A stretch of DNA of 64,000 nucleotides, taken from a virus. Below, one piece after another: positions 1 through 7,165 of the stretch. A program made the position numbers and the translations under genes. Every line of letters starts with the position of its first letter. Within the stretch, counting starts at the first letter, position 1. The notes beneath the pieces were generated by a model, which was not told the origin of the DNA, made no database searches, and saw only the letters and a program-made list of their open reading frames with translations. The DNA is taken from the IMG/VR virus record IMGVR_UViG_3300010371_000029, positions 1 through 64,000 of that record. One strand, 5' to 3'.

Positions 1-365
1 ACGTTCATACCGATACTCACCAGTGTACACGTAACCGCTACCCCGTGCAATAGCTTCTTCGTCGTTCGGTCTGCTGCATCTCCTACCGCGACCATTGCCC
101 CCTCACAAGCTAACTGCGCGGCATCCATAACGATAGCCATAGCCCAAGCCATCCATAGGGGCGAATGGGTAAAGACGGCGAAGCCGTCTGCTAAGTGACT
201 CATGCTAACAGCCAGGAGCCCTGCTGCCAGGATACCCAATACCATAGCGGCACGTCGCCCCATCCGAGTACCCCTAGGGGTACGTCTAACCTTTACGCTA
301 CTCTTTCGGGTTACCTTACGGGTAGTGTTCCCTAGCTCATTCCCGATACGGTTGGCTGCAATCAT
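1..365 (-). CDS. Membrane protein, DUF2637-like, runs off the window edge
   Basis: Not in the ORF track; translated by hand: MIAANRIGNELG...AAMVLGILAAGLLAVSMSHLADGFAVFTHSPLWMAWAMAIVMDAAQLACEG... AAGGAG RBS upstream of ATG at 365, several hydrophobic helices, frame open to base 1. Confidence 0.7.
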   Translation of the reverse strand, partial: MIAANRIGNELGNTTRKVTRKSSVKVRRTPRGTRMGRRAAMVLGILAAGLLAVSMSHLADGFAVFTHSPLWMAWAMAIVMDAAQLACEGAMVAVGDAADRTTKKLLHGVAVTCTLVSIGMN

Positions 366-873
366 GGCTCGCTCCTTGCTGGTTGTCCATTGCCCCGTTG
401 CTGCCCCTATTATACATATCGTGTCAAGCGCGGTTTTTCTTAACTCCTTTTGCCATAAGGATTAAAAAATTTTTTACTGGTGCATTTGTACACTATATAG
501 GGGCGAGGGGGAGGGGGTTTTACCAGCGGGCTCCCAGACCCCGCCAGGGGCGGCCGGGCGGCCGGTAGTACATGCGCAACATGGCCCTACTTTTTGGAAA
601 TGGGGACAATAGCTGAAGCTATTAGTAAATTAGAATTAATAACTCTAAAGGATATTTATATTCCCTTAAGGTTTATGATGTATATAGTATCAACTCTGAA
701 ATAAAAACAGGAGTGATTTTTAATAGAAATGGGGACATTTAATAGCTCTAATGGTAATTTTTTAAATTCCGAGCTTTAGTGAGGAATGGTGGTTTCATAG
801 GGGAATGGGTTGAATAGATTAGGATAAGGTATATAGTAAACTAATTAATTTCATCGTAAGTAATTCTTACCTT

Positions 874-1089
874 TTAATTACAAAAATCTACCTCATAAAT
901 TCCTGTCCCATCATCTTCGCCGGTAGGAGTTATTTTTCTTCTTAATTCAATTAACCATACATTATTTTCACTTTTAAATGGTACTCCATTCACAAAATAT
1001 CTAAAATAGGTTATTCCCTCTCTAAAAACCTCGGTCCCAATAGGGAAATGGGGACAACTTGGGCGAGTTGCTTTAAGCAACCTATACAT
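874..1089 (-). CDS. LTRP-tag family small protein
   Basis: Starts MYRLLKATRP; closest paralog is the neighbouring gene (CP..IG.E.F...I.Y.R.FV...P.KS). Confidence 0.8.
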   Translation of the reverse strand: MYRLLKATRPSCPHFPIGTEVFREGITYFRYFVNGVPFKSENNVWLIELRRKITPTGEDDGTGIYEVDFCN

Positions 1090-1351
1090 GGGAGCTATGC
1101 TCCATAAAATAGGGATGGAATCTCAAAACTACTCCATTCCTAACTAATGAGAAGTGTTCTATATAGAAGGATACGTTTCCGTCAAAAGCACCGTATATTT
1201 CTTTCCTTAAAATACAGTGCCAACCTTGCCTTGATTTCTGTGGTGTCGCAGCCACAAAGAATCTACAATATTCAATATTGCCCAAAAATAATTCGCGGCC
1301 TATATAAAGGGGACAGACCGGTGGTCTAGTAAGTTTCAATAAATTATTCAG
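1082..1351 (-). CDS. LTRP-tag family small protein, probable CTG start
   Basis: CTG-AAT-AAT-TTA-TTG-AAA-CTT-ACT-AGA-CCA = (M)NNLLKLTRP, with AAGGAG 7 nt upstream of the CTG. The ORF track start (1339) truncates the tag. Confidence 0.75.
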   Translation of the reverse strand: MNNLLKLTRPPVCPLYIGRELFLGNIEYCRFFVAATPQKSRQGWHCILRKEIYGAFDGNVSFYIEHFSLVRNGVVLRFHPYFMEHSSHV

Positions 1352-2048
1352 GAGTAAACTCCTTTAAAAAAGAAAGTAAATCTTCTTTATGGGCCGCCAG
1401 CCCCTTATAGCGAAGACTTTCTTCGCTCATGGATTCTATATGGGCGATTACACTTTCCCTATCTAGTTGTGCTAGCGGTACAAGTTCTTGTCTCAAAATA
1501 AATAGCAGGCTTTTGGCCTGCGGAAGTCCAATAATATATTGATGTTCCCTTTTTAAATTAATATATGGGCGAGCCTTATCAAACTTAGCTTGCGTCAGCA
1601 ACGGATGGTGGTCTATATTGTCCGAAAATATTAAAGAATCTACGGTCCTATAAAACGGCCCCTTATAAATAGAAGTTGCAAGCAACTTCTTTGAAGACTT
1701 TAGAGGAAAGCTAGGTATTTCCTTATGAAGGTCATAAAATGACATTCCTATAGCTTTAGCTGGGTCCCAGCCGCTAGGCACGGCCATATTGGCGTAGGCT
1801 AAATAGTCATCACAATGAACACAAATATCCTCGGCTATAGACATACATATTAAATCTAAATCACAATATCTTCCAGCCGCGCCGAGTTTATTTATAAGTA
1901 ACTCACATACAGCTTTCTCTACTTCTGGGGCCAGTTCATGTTGGCATATATATATTTTCTTAACTGGGATATCTGTTTTTCTTAATTTAATGTCGTCTAA
2001 GGCGATTTTACTAAGTGCTGGAAGCACTGAATATGGTGGAACCCTCAT
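1344..2048 (-). CDS. DUF3445 / heme-dependent oxidative N-demethylase alpha-subunit-like protein
   Basis: EDICV...LAYANMAVPSGWDPAKAIGMSFYDLHKEIP resembles the DUF3445 motif ED...PSgW.p..kiG.sf..iH.pvP. Confidence 0.65.
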   Translation of the reverse strand: MRVPPYSVLPALSKIALDDIKLRKTDIPVKKIYICQHELAPEVEKAVCELLINKLGAAGRYCDLDLICMSIAEDICVHCDDYLAYANMAVPSGWDPAKAIGMSFYDLHKEIPSFPLKSSKKLLATSIYKGPFYRTVDSLIFSDNIDHHPLLTQAKFDKARPYINLKREHQYIIGLPQAKSLLFILRQELVPLAQLDRESVIAHIESMSEESLRYKGLAAHKEDLLSFLKEFTPE

Positions 2049-2305
2049 AATTCAATATTATATCCCAAATTAATAAGTCTACGTCCATAAGGCTCTAAAC
2101 TGTAAGTCTGTAAAAAACTTTTAATTTGAACGGGCATTGTCCAATAATGTTTACAATCACCAATAATTAATTTTTCTATACATAGAATTTGATTATTTTC
2201 TATTAATACAACTTCTCTTTTATCTTTTGGGTCCCCATAATAATATAAAATCATGCCAACTCGAACAATATTATTTGGGCGAGTTAAACGTAATAAATTA
2301 TTCAT
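2045..2305 (-). CDS. LTRP-tag family small protein
   Basis: Starts MNNLLRLTRP; C-terminus YSLEPYGRRLINLGY. Confidence 0.8.
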   Translation of the reverse strand: MNNLLRLTRPNNIVRVGMILYYYGDPKDKREVVLIENNQILCIEKLIIGDCKHYWTMPVQIKSFLQTYSLEPYGRRLINLGYNIEL

Positions 2306-2570
2306 TGTAAAATACTACATAAGATACTAATGTACAATTTGTGGATTCAAACACTAATCGGGGATTTTGTTCTAATAATTCTTTGGGGACAATTTTTCTA
2401 ATTGCTTCCCAGAACTTATAAGTTGCCAATAAATTATGGCCGCGTTCGCTCATCATTTCCCAATGAAGTTTATAAATCTCTTCTAAGTTTTCTACTGGGA
2501 TTAGCCACCGACCGATTTCGTTGGGGCCTTTTGTGGGTTGCAATGTTTCTTTTTTACTAAAAAACCACAT
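2298..2570 (-). CDS. Hypothetical protein
   Basis: 90-aa ORF with AGGAG RBS, overlapping the next gene of the operon. Confidence 0.75.
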   Translation of the reverse strand: MWFFSKKETLQPTKGPNEIGRWLIPVENLEEIYKLHWEMMSERGHNLLATYKFWEAIRKIVPKELLEQNPRLVFESTNCTLVSYVVFYNE

Positions 2571-2578
2571 TTTTACTC

Positions 2579-2695
2579 CTATTTAAGTTCCGAACCATAA
2601 TTGCTCAATATTCTATATTTATTGCCAGTAAATTTTCCAATTACTATCCGACCCCTTGCGTCAGGTGGTCTGGTAATTTTTAAAATCTGGTTCAC
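2579..2695 (-). CDS. LTRP-tag family protein, truncated (38 aa)
   Basis: Below the ORF-track cutoff: MNQILKITRPPDARGRIVIGKFTGNKYRILSNYGSELK*. GTG start overlaps the upstream TGA; resembles the first half of 2692..2919. Confidence 0.7.
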   Translation of the reverse strand: MNQILKITRPPDARGRIVIGKFTGNKYRILSNYGSELK

Positions 2696-2919
2696 ACTGG
2701 TCCCCCATCTTCACGATGTAAATTATAAGTAAAAGCTTTTATGATATCTCCAATCCTGTAGAATGTATAATTAGTTTTTAATACTTCACAAGAAATTCTT
2801 CTATCTCCACCGTTGCCATAAGGTTCCGAAAGAGCCCGGTAAATATTTCCGGTTTTGTGACTTATAAGTATGGACCCCGTGAGACCTTTAGGTCTAGTTA
2901 ATTTCAATATAGATTTCAT
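2692..2919 (-). CDS. LTRP-tag family small protein
   Basis: Starts MKSILKLTRP; ends LHREDGGPV. Confidence 0.8.
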   Translation of the reverse strand: MKSILKLTRPKGLTGSILISHKTGNIYRALSEPYGNGGDRRISCEVLKTNYTFYRIGDIIKAFTYNLHREDGGPV

Positions 2920-3149
2920 GAATTTCCCTTATTGAGTGTTGGTCCACCCCTTGATAAACTCAGGAACCTTATATCTTGTTTTATATAACTCCATAAAAGT
3001 TCGTGACTACATGATGAATATCTATCTATATCTACTTTATTGTCATAAATCGAACTTGTCGCTATATAATAATATTCTTCTTGAGAATTAATATAAAGTA
3101 CAGTACCGGGCCTTACCTTCATACGTGTAAGTTTTAATAATTGATACAT
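2916..3149 (-). CDS. LTRP-tag family small protein
   Basis: Starts MYQLLKLTRM; ends LSLSRGGPTLNKG. Confidence 0.8.
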   Translation of the reverse strand: MYQLLKLTRMKVRPGTVLYINSQEEYYYIATSSIYDNKVDIDRYSSCSHELLWSYIKQDIRFLSLSRGGPTLNKGNS

Positions 3150-3736
3150 TTGTTTATTTTCTCTACAAGTTCTATAAAATTATTGGTCTCAAATTCAAAA
3201 TGGTCATTCTGACCATAGATATCTTCGCCATTCCTTTTAATTAGGGCTGTTCTCATCCCTACCGAGCGGGCACCGCGTAGGTCGAAATTATGGGCCGCAC
3301 ACATAAGCGTCTCACTAGGTTCTACGCCTAAAGACTTACACGCCCCCAAATATACCTTAGGGTCTGGTTTAAAAGCACCGAAGTCTGTAGACGAAAAACA
3401 ATAATCAAATAATCCATATCTTCTATTAATAGAACATAGTATCCTGGGGGTTGCATTTGATAATGCTACCGTAGGTATTTTAAAATTTTTAATAAAATAA
3501 CTATCCTCCCATAGAGGGGCAAACTCCATAGCATTAATAAATTTATCATAGTTTTCGGGGCTAAGATAATCTTTTAAAGCTTCTTCAAAATTCAAATCTT
3601 GATAGTTGTGAGCGACCGCCCCATAGGCCCTTAGAGTTTCTTTTACCTTGCTTTCGGTTCCGAAAGCTTGTAATAAAGAATATTGAACGTTTACTAACGT
3701 TCCAAAAACATCAAAAAAAATATAACGAATTTTCAT
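3134..3736 (-). CDS. HAD-superfamily hydrolase, haloacid dehalogenase type II-like
   Basis: Motif I FFDVFGTLV, then LSNA, KPDPKVY and AAHNFDLRGARSVGM. Confidence 0.85.
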   Translation of the reverse strand: MKIRYIFFDVFGTLVNVQYSLLQAFGTESKVKETLRAYGAVAHNYQDLNFEEALKDYLSPENYDKFINAMEFAPLWEDSYFIKNFKIPTVALSNATPRILCSINRRYGLFDYCFSSTDFGAFKPDPKVYLGACKSLGVEPSETLMCAAHNFDLRGARSVGMRTALIKRNGEDIYGQNDHFEFETNNFIELVEKINKCINY

Positions 3737-4011
3737 AAAAGAGGTTTCCCGTTTTCTCGTAACATATTATCCGCCGAAAACATACCAGTTTCACTAAATT
3801 GTCTACCGCCCGGCTCTAGTTGATAATGTCCGATTGGTTCCGAAGTATCTCTATATATAGTATTGTTTTGATATCTATCTAATTCAAAATATCCATCTTT
3901 TTTAAAAGAAACAATTATATAATATTGACTCCCGGTACAAGGGCAATATATTTTATCGCCCACTTTAATAATTGGGACCTTTGGTCTAGTAATTCGCAAA
4001 AGATTATTCAT
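3733..4011 (-). CDS. LTRP-tag family small protein
   Basis: Starts MNNLLRITRP; contains IKVGDKIY and YQLEPGGRQFSETG. Confidence 0.8.
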   Translation of the reverse strand: MNNLLRITRPKVPIIKVGDKIYCPCTGSQYYIIVSFKKDGYFELDRYQNNTIYRDTSEPIGHYQLEPGGRQFSETGMFSADNMLRENGKPLL

Positions 4012-4712
4012 CAGAGTCTAGCTATAACAGTAAAGAGTTCACTCATATAGTCTACAACGAAATTAAATATACCGGGGCTAATATTTTCGCTGTTACCAGC
4101 TATGTTTAAAACTTTTATATTCTTTTCAATAATCCAATTTATTACCGTTTCAATTGGAAGAGCGTTAGTTATATTAATATCTAGAAACGGTTTATTATAG
4201 CAAGATATAGCTCTTTCCGTACAAATTTCGCCCGGCGAATTAAAATTACTAGCGAATCTTAATGTCCCGTCAGAATCTCGCGCGTTCTCATAGGTGCGGG
4301 GCGCATATTTGGAGGAACTATGCTCGGTTACACCATACCTCTCAGCGTACTCCGGCTTTGGTCCTTCTAAAGTAATGAACCCTTTCGGCATAACGCCTCC
4401 GGTTTTATAACCAAAACTTTGGCCGACATGTAACCCCGCCAAATCAGCGCCGCACTGACCACCGCTACGAATTTTTCTTAACGGAAACCGCCATTTATAT
4501 TCGGGCACTTCTATTTTAGGTCCTACTTCGATTTTTCGTTCTTCAAATATTTCATCAGACGCTACTGCTTCCCAAGGATAACTAGACTCTCCGTTATAGT
4601 AACCAACAGTCCAAGGTTCAGTTGGACCATCCTTGACATATTCTTTACCTGACCAGACCATAAATCTAATTAGATAATATCCTTTATCTCTCAAAATAAT
4701 AACCCTCCTCAA
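4011..4712 (-). CDS. GYYWV-type N-terminal domain fused to a circularly permuted YpsA/SLOG (putative molybdenum-carrier family) domain
   Basis: KIRSGGQCGADLAGL...GGVMPKG...YAPRTYENARDSDGTL...VLNIAGNSE. The first ~75 aa resemble 5641..5829 and 6345..6545. Confidence 0.75.
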   Translation of the reverse strand: MRRVIILRDKGYYLIRFMVWSGKEYVKDGPTEPWTVGYYNGESSYPWEAVASDEIFEERKIEVGPKIEVPEYKWRFPLRKIRSGGQCGADLAGLHVGQSFGYKTGGVMPKGFITLEGPKPEYAERYGVTEHSSSKYAPRTYENARDSDGTLRFASNFNSPGEICTERAISCYNKPFLDINITNALPIETVINWIIEKNIKVLNIAGNSENISPGIFNFVVDYMSELFTVIARL

Positions 4713-4932
4713 TTAAATAAGGACCATCTGGTACTATTCTATTTTCATTTAAATATCCATAAAAACTATTAGAATCTGGCAAATTATTATTAATATTCCA
4801 AAGTATTACTTCTTTATTTTCATAATCTATACTTTTAAGTTCAAATAAGCATGGTCCTGTACGAAAATATGTTAAGAGCCCAGGTTCTATAAGAAAGGGC
4901 TGCCCCCTCGTAAGTTTAAGCATCTCCCTCAT
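4684..4932 (-). CDS. LTRP-tag family small protein
   Basis: Starts MREMLKLTRG; ends PDGPYLIEEGYYF. Confidence 0.8.
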   Translation of the reverse strand: MREMLKLTRGQPFLIEPGLLTYFRTGPCLFELKSIDYENKEVILWNINNNLPDSNSFYGYLNENRIVPDGPYLIEEGYYFER

Positions 4933-5168
4933 ATAGTAAATCCCAACTCATCTAGAGCAGGACCTCCTTGTTCTAAAGCCCAATATTTAAAGAATGATTC
5001 CTGTTTTTGCCAATTAATTATAGAACTTCCTTTTAATTGTTTCATGTATATGAATTCGTTAGTTAATTGATGAACTATCCAAATATGTTCTTGGGCTCTA
5101 AAATAAAGAGGTTGTCCTTCATACAATTTATTTTTAATTGGTCTAGTTATTCTTAATAAATTATTCAT
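4929..5168 (-). CDS. LTRP-tag family small protein
   Basis: MNNLLRITRP from the second Met (5168); ends LEQGGPALDELGF. Confidence 0.8.
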   Translation of the reverse strand: MNNLLRITRPIKNKLYEGQPLYFRAQEHIWIVHQLTNEFIYMKQLKGSSIINWQKQESFFKYWALEQGGPALDELGFTI

Positions 5169-5409
5169 CTTCAAACCTATAACCTAGCTCAGCTAGGGTT
5201 GGCCCACCTATTTCTAAATGATTTTTATGTAAAACTCCCTCGCGAGTATTTCCAGTTTGACAATTATGCGTTAGATTTTTAATTTCGACCCAATTTATTT
5301 TTAAAACTTTAACTATTTCATACTCATCTGTCCCGGTTACAAAAAATGTTCGGAGGCCCGGTTTAATAATTTTTGACTCGTCCCGAGTCAATTTAAGTAA
5401 AGCTTTCAT
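5161..5409 (-). CDS. LTRP-tag family small protein
   Basis: Starts MKALLKLTRD; ends LEIGGPTLAELGY. Confidence 0.8.
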   Translation of the reverse strand: MKALLKLTRDESKIIKPGLRTFFVTGTDEYEIVKVLKINWVEIKNLTHNCQTGNTREGVLHKNHLEIGGPTLAELGYRFEDE

Positions 5410-5623
5410 CTACTAACCTCATTTGATTTATTTCTATACATTGTTCCCATAAGTTAGTTTTACAAAGAACTTGTCCACAATCTTGTCCTGGTAATATATA
5501 AAAAATAAAACCTGGATTTATCTTAGATATAAATAAAATATAATAAGTATTTCCTACTATATATTTATATTTTTGACCCACCTTAGGAAACGGTAGTCTG
5601 GTAAGTTTCAATAAATTATACAA
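5393..5623 (-). CDS. LTRP-tag family small protein, probable TTG start
   Basis: (M)YNLLKLTRL from TTG at 5623, with AAGGA upstream. Confidence 0.75.
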   Translation of the reverse strand: MYNLLKLTRLPFPKVGQKYKYIVGNTYYILFISKINPGFIFYILPGQDCGQVLCKTNLWEQCIEINQMRLVDESFT

Positions 5624-5640
5624 GGATGAATCCTTTAAGG

Positions 5641-5829
5641 TCAAGCATTGACCGGCTCCTTTATCTTTCGACCAATCTTTTCAAAATTAATATCGGCATA
5701 CCAGATTACGGTCCCCGGAATCAACCAGCTACAAGGCCAGTCTTTTTTTAGATATTGGGCCACAATCCATATGGGCGAGCCTCGCAGGCGAACCCAGTAA
5801 AATCCCGGCTGTCTTATTGAATTTCCCAC
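5641..5829 (-). CDS. GYYWV-family small protein
   Basis: RQPGFYWVR...WIVAQY...W...FEKIGRKIKEP. Confidence 0.75.
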   Translation of the reverse strand: MGNSIRQPGFYWVRLRGSPIWIVAQYLKKDWPCSWLIPGTVIWYADINFEKIGRKIKEPVNA

Positions 5830-6062
5830 CCTGTCTCTCCTAAAGTTGGCCCATCGAGATAAAGTTTAAAGTGTCCTATATTACCAGTTTTGGTTGTGAA
5901 ATCTTTTTCTCTACTATCAATTCTTATAGCATCTGCAATTAACAAATTTTCATTAAATTCTGTAATTACATGGCATAATTGTTTATTACAATCACAATAT
6001 AAGGTCGTTCCGACCGTTAAGACGGGTTTTGTGGGTCTAGTTAATTTAAGGAGATTATTCAA
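5814..6062 (-). CDS. LTRP-tag family small protein, probable TTG start
   Basis: (M)NNLLKLTRP from TTG at 6062; ends LDGPTLGETGW. Confidence 0.75.
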   Translation of the reverse strand: MNNLLKLTRPTKPVLTVGTTLYCDCNKQLCHVITEFNENLLIADAIRIDSREKDFTTKTGNIGHFKLYLDGPTLGETGWEIQ

Positions 6063-6348
6063 AGGATAAATCCTTTCCATATCCCATTTCACGAAGCGAC
6101 GGACCATTTGGGGACAAACTTAATGTGTCAAGATTTGACCACCCATTACCTTTATAATGTTGAAATCCATTAGTTTGAAGAATCGTTCCTTCTATTGAAT
6201 ATCTAATACCATCATCTTCAAATTCTATAAATTTAAAAGTTTCATTTGAAAGGAAAGTCCAATAAGTAATATTAACTTTATATAATCTAGCCCCCACAGG
6301 AATGGGTTGAAGAGGGGGCGGTCTAGTGAGTTTTAGCAAACTCCTCAT
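6055..6348 (-). CDS. LTRP-tag family small protein
   Basis: Starts MRSLLKLTRP; ends SPNGPSLREMGY. Confidence 0.8.
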   Translation of the reverse strand: MRSLLKLTRPPPLQPIPVGARLYKVNITYWTFLSNETFKFIEFEDDGIRYSIEGTILQTNGFQHYKGNGWSNLDTLSLSPNGPSLREMGYGKDLSFE

Positions 6349-6545
6349 GAAGATAATCCTTTTGGTCTTATAACTTCTGGCCCAACTTCTTCAATATATT
6401 TATCGTTATAAGGTATTGGGTCACCTATTTTTATCCAGCAAGGATATTTTTCATTCCAAGATGCAATTTCCCACCGACATGTTTCATGAATATCACCAAA
6501 TTGTTGGTATTTTATTTTTACCCAATAATAACCTGAAGTTCTCAT
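6345..6545 (-). CDS. GYYWV-family small protein
   Basis: RTSGYYWVK...WEIASW...W...IEEVGPEVIRP. Confidence 0.75.
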   Translation of the reverse strand: MRTSGYYWVKIKYQQFGDIHETCRWEIASWNEKYPCWIKIGDPIPYNDKYIEEVGPEVIRPKGLSS

Positions 6546-6700
6546 GACTTAAATATCTTCTCCATTTCCCACAATATTTTATCAATATCTTTCCCTAAAC
6601 GAGGAGTGGCTATTAATCCCGCCACCCATATTAGACAAACAGCAACGTACATTAAAACCAACACAAAGGAGTTTTGAATTACAAAGAGTAATTTACACAT
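6542..6700 (-). CDS. Small membrane protein (52 aa)
   Basis: Hand translation MCKLLFVIQNSFVLVLMYVAVCLIWVAGLIATPRLGKDIDKILWEMEKIFKS*. Fills the gap, with an ATGA overlap to the next gene. Confidence 0.6.
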   Translation of the reverse strand: MCKLLFVIQNSFVLVLMYVAVCLIWVAGLIATPRLGKDIDKILWEMEKIFKS

Positions 6701-6701
6701 T

Positions 6702-6878
6702 TTATCTACCTTTCGGCCTCCCCACCCGTTTTTCTATTCCCATTCGTTGACGCATCTTTTTAACCGCCCAAATAGATACTGGCGACCCCCTCATTTGGGT
6801 TAGTATAGATGCTACCTTCCTATCTATTATAGAGTGCCCAAGCTCTTTTATCAACGCTAACTCTTTATCTGACCACAT
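6702..6878 (-). CDS. Small HTH-type DNA-binding protein (58 aa), first gene of the early operon
   Basis: Hand translation MWSDKELALIKELGHSIIDRKVASILTQMRGSPVSIWAVKKMRQRMGIEKRVGRPKGR*. GGGGA RBS; similar pattern to the N-terminus of 7679..8542. Confidence 0.7.
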   Translation of the reverse strand: MWSDKELALIKELGHSIIDRKVASILTQMRGSPVSIWAVKKMRQRMGIEKRVGRPKGR

Positions 6879-6904
6879 TTAGATGTCCCCTTTCTTTTAG
6901 GTGT

Positions 6905-6933
6905 ATTATACCACGGGACTGCGCCCATGTCAA
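6905..6933 (-). promoter_or_regulatory. Consensus sigma70 early promoter with UP-element-like A/T tract
   Basis: Minus strand TTGACA (6933-6928), 17-nt spacer, TATAAT (6910-6905); A/T tracts at 6938-6960. Confidence 0.9.
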
Positions 6934-7012
6934 GAAGATTTTTTAATTTTTCTAAAAAAGATGGCCCAAAAAGTGGTTATCATTACTATATTAGTTATAC
7001 ACGGAGAACACT

Positions 7013-7165
7013 ATGACAAATATTAGGTCCGAACTAATAATTAAAGAGTCAGCCGAGTTAGAGTCTGTACTTGCTTCCACGAAAGAAAGTGTGGAACCCG
7101 ACTTTAGCACTATGACAGAAAAGGAAGTGGAAGCATGGATATTGGCCCACACGAAATCTCAATAA
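7013..7165 (+). CDS. Small hypothetical protein (50 aa)
   Basis: GGAG RBS; MTNIRSELIIKESAELESVLASTKESVEPDFSTMTEKEVEAWILAHTKSQ*. Confidence 0.55.
   Translation: MTNIRSELIIKESAELESVLASTKESVEPDFSTMTEKEVEAWILAHTKSQ

Noticed and set aside
202-568. Plus-strand ORFs 202..465 and 383..568
   Set aside because: Shadows of a minus-strand gene that has a clear RBS and membrane-protein character, and of its promoter region.
600-873. tRNA or structured ncRNA in the left intergenic gap
   Set aside because: No cloverleaf, T-loop or stable stem seen by eye; a covariance search would be needed to exclude it.
874-6348. Tag array as an integron-like cassette array, CRISPR or DGR
   Set aside because: Conservation is at the protein level with synonymous variation and the genes overlap with no attC-like spacers. 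There are no identical repeats and no reverse transcriptase or integrase in the window.
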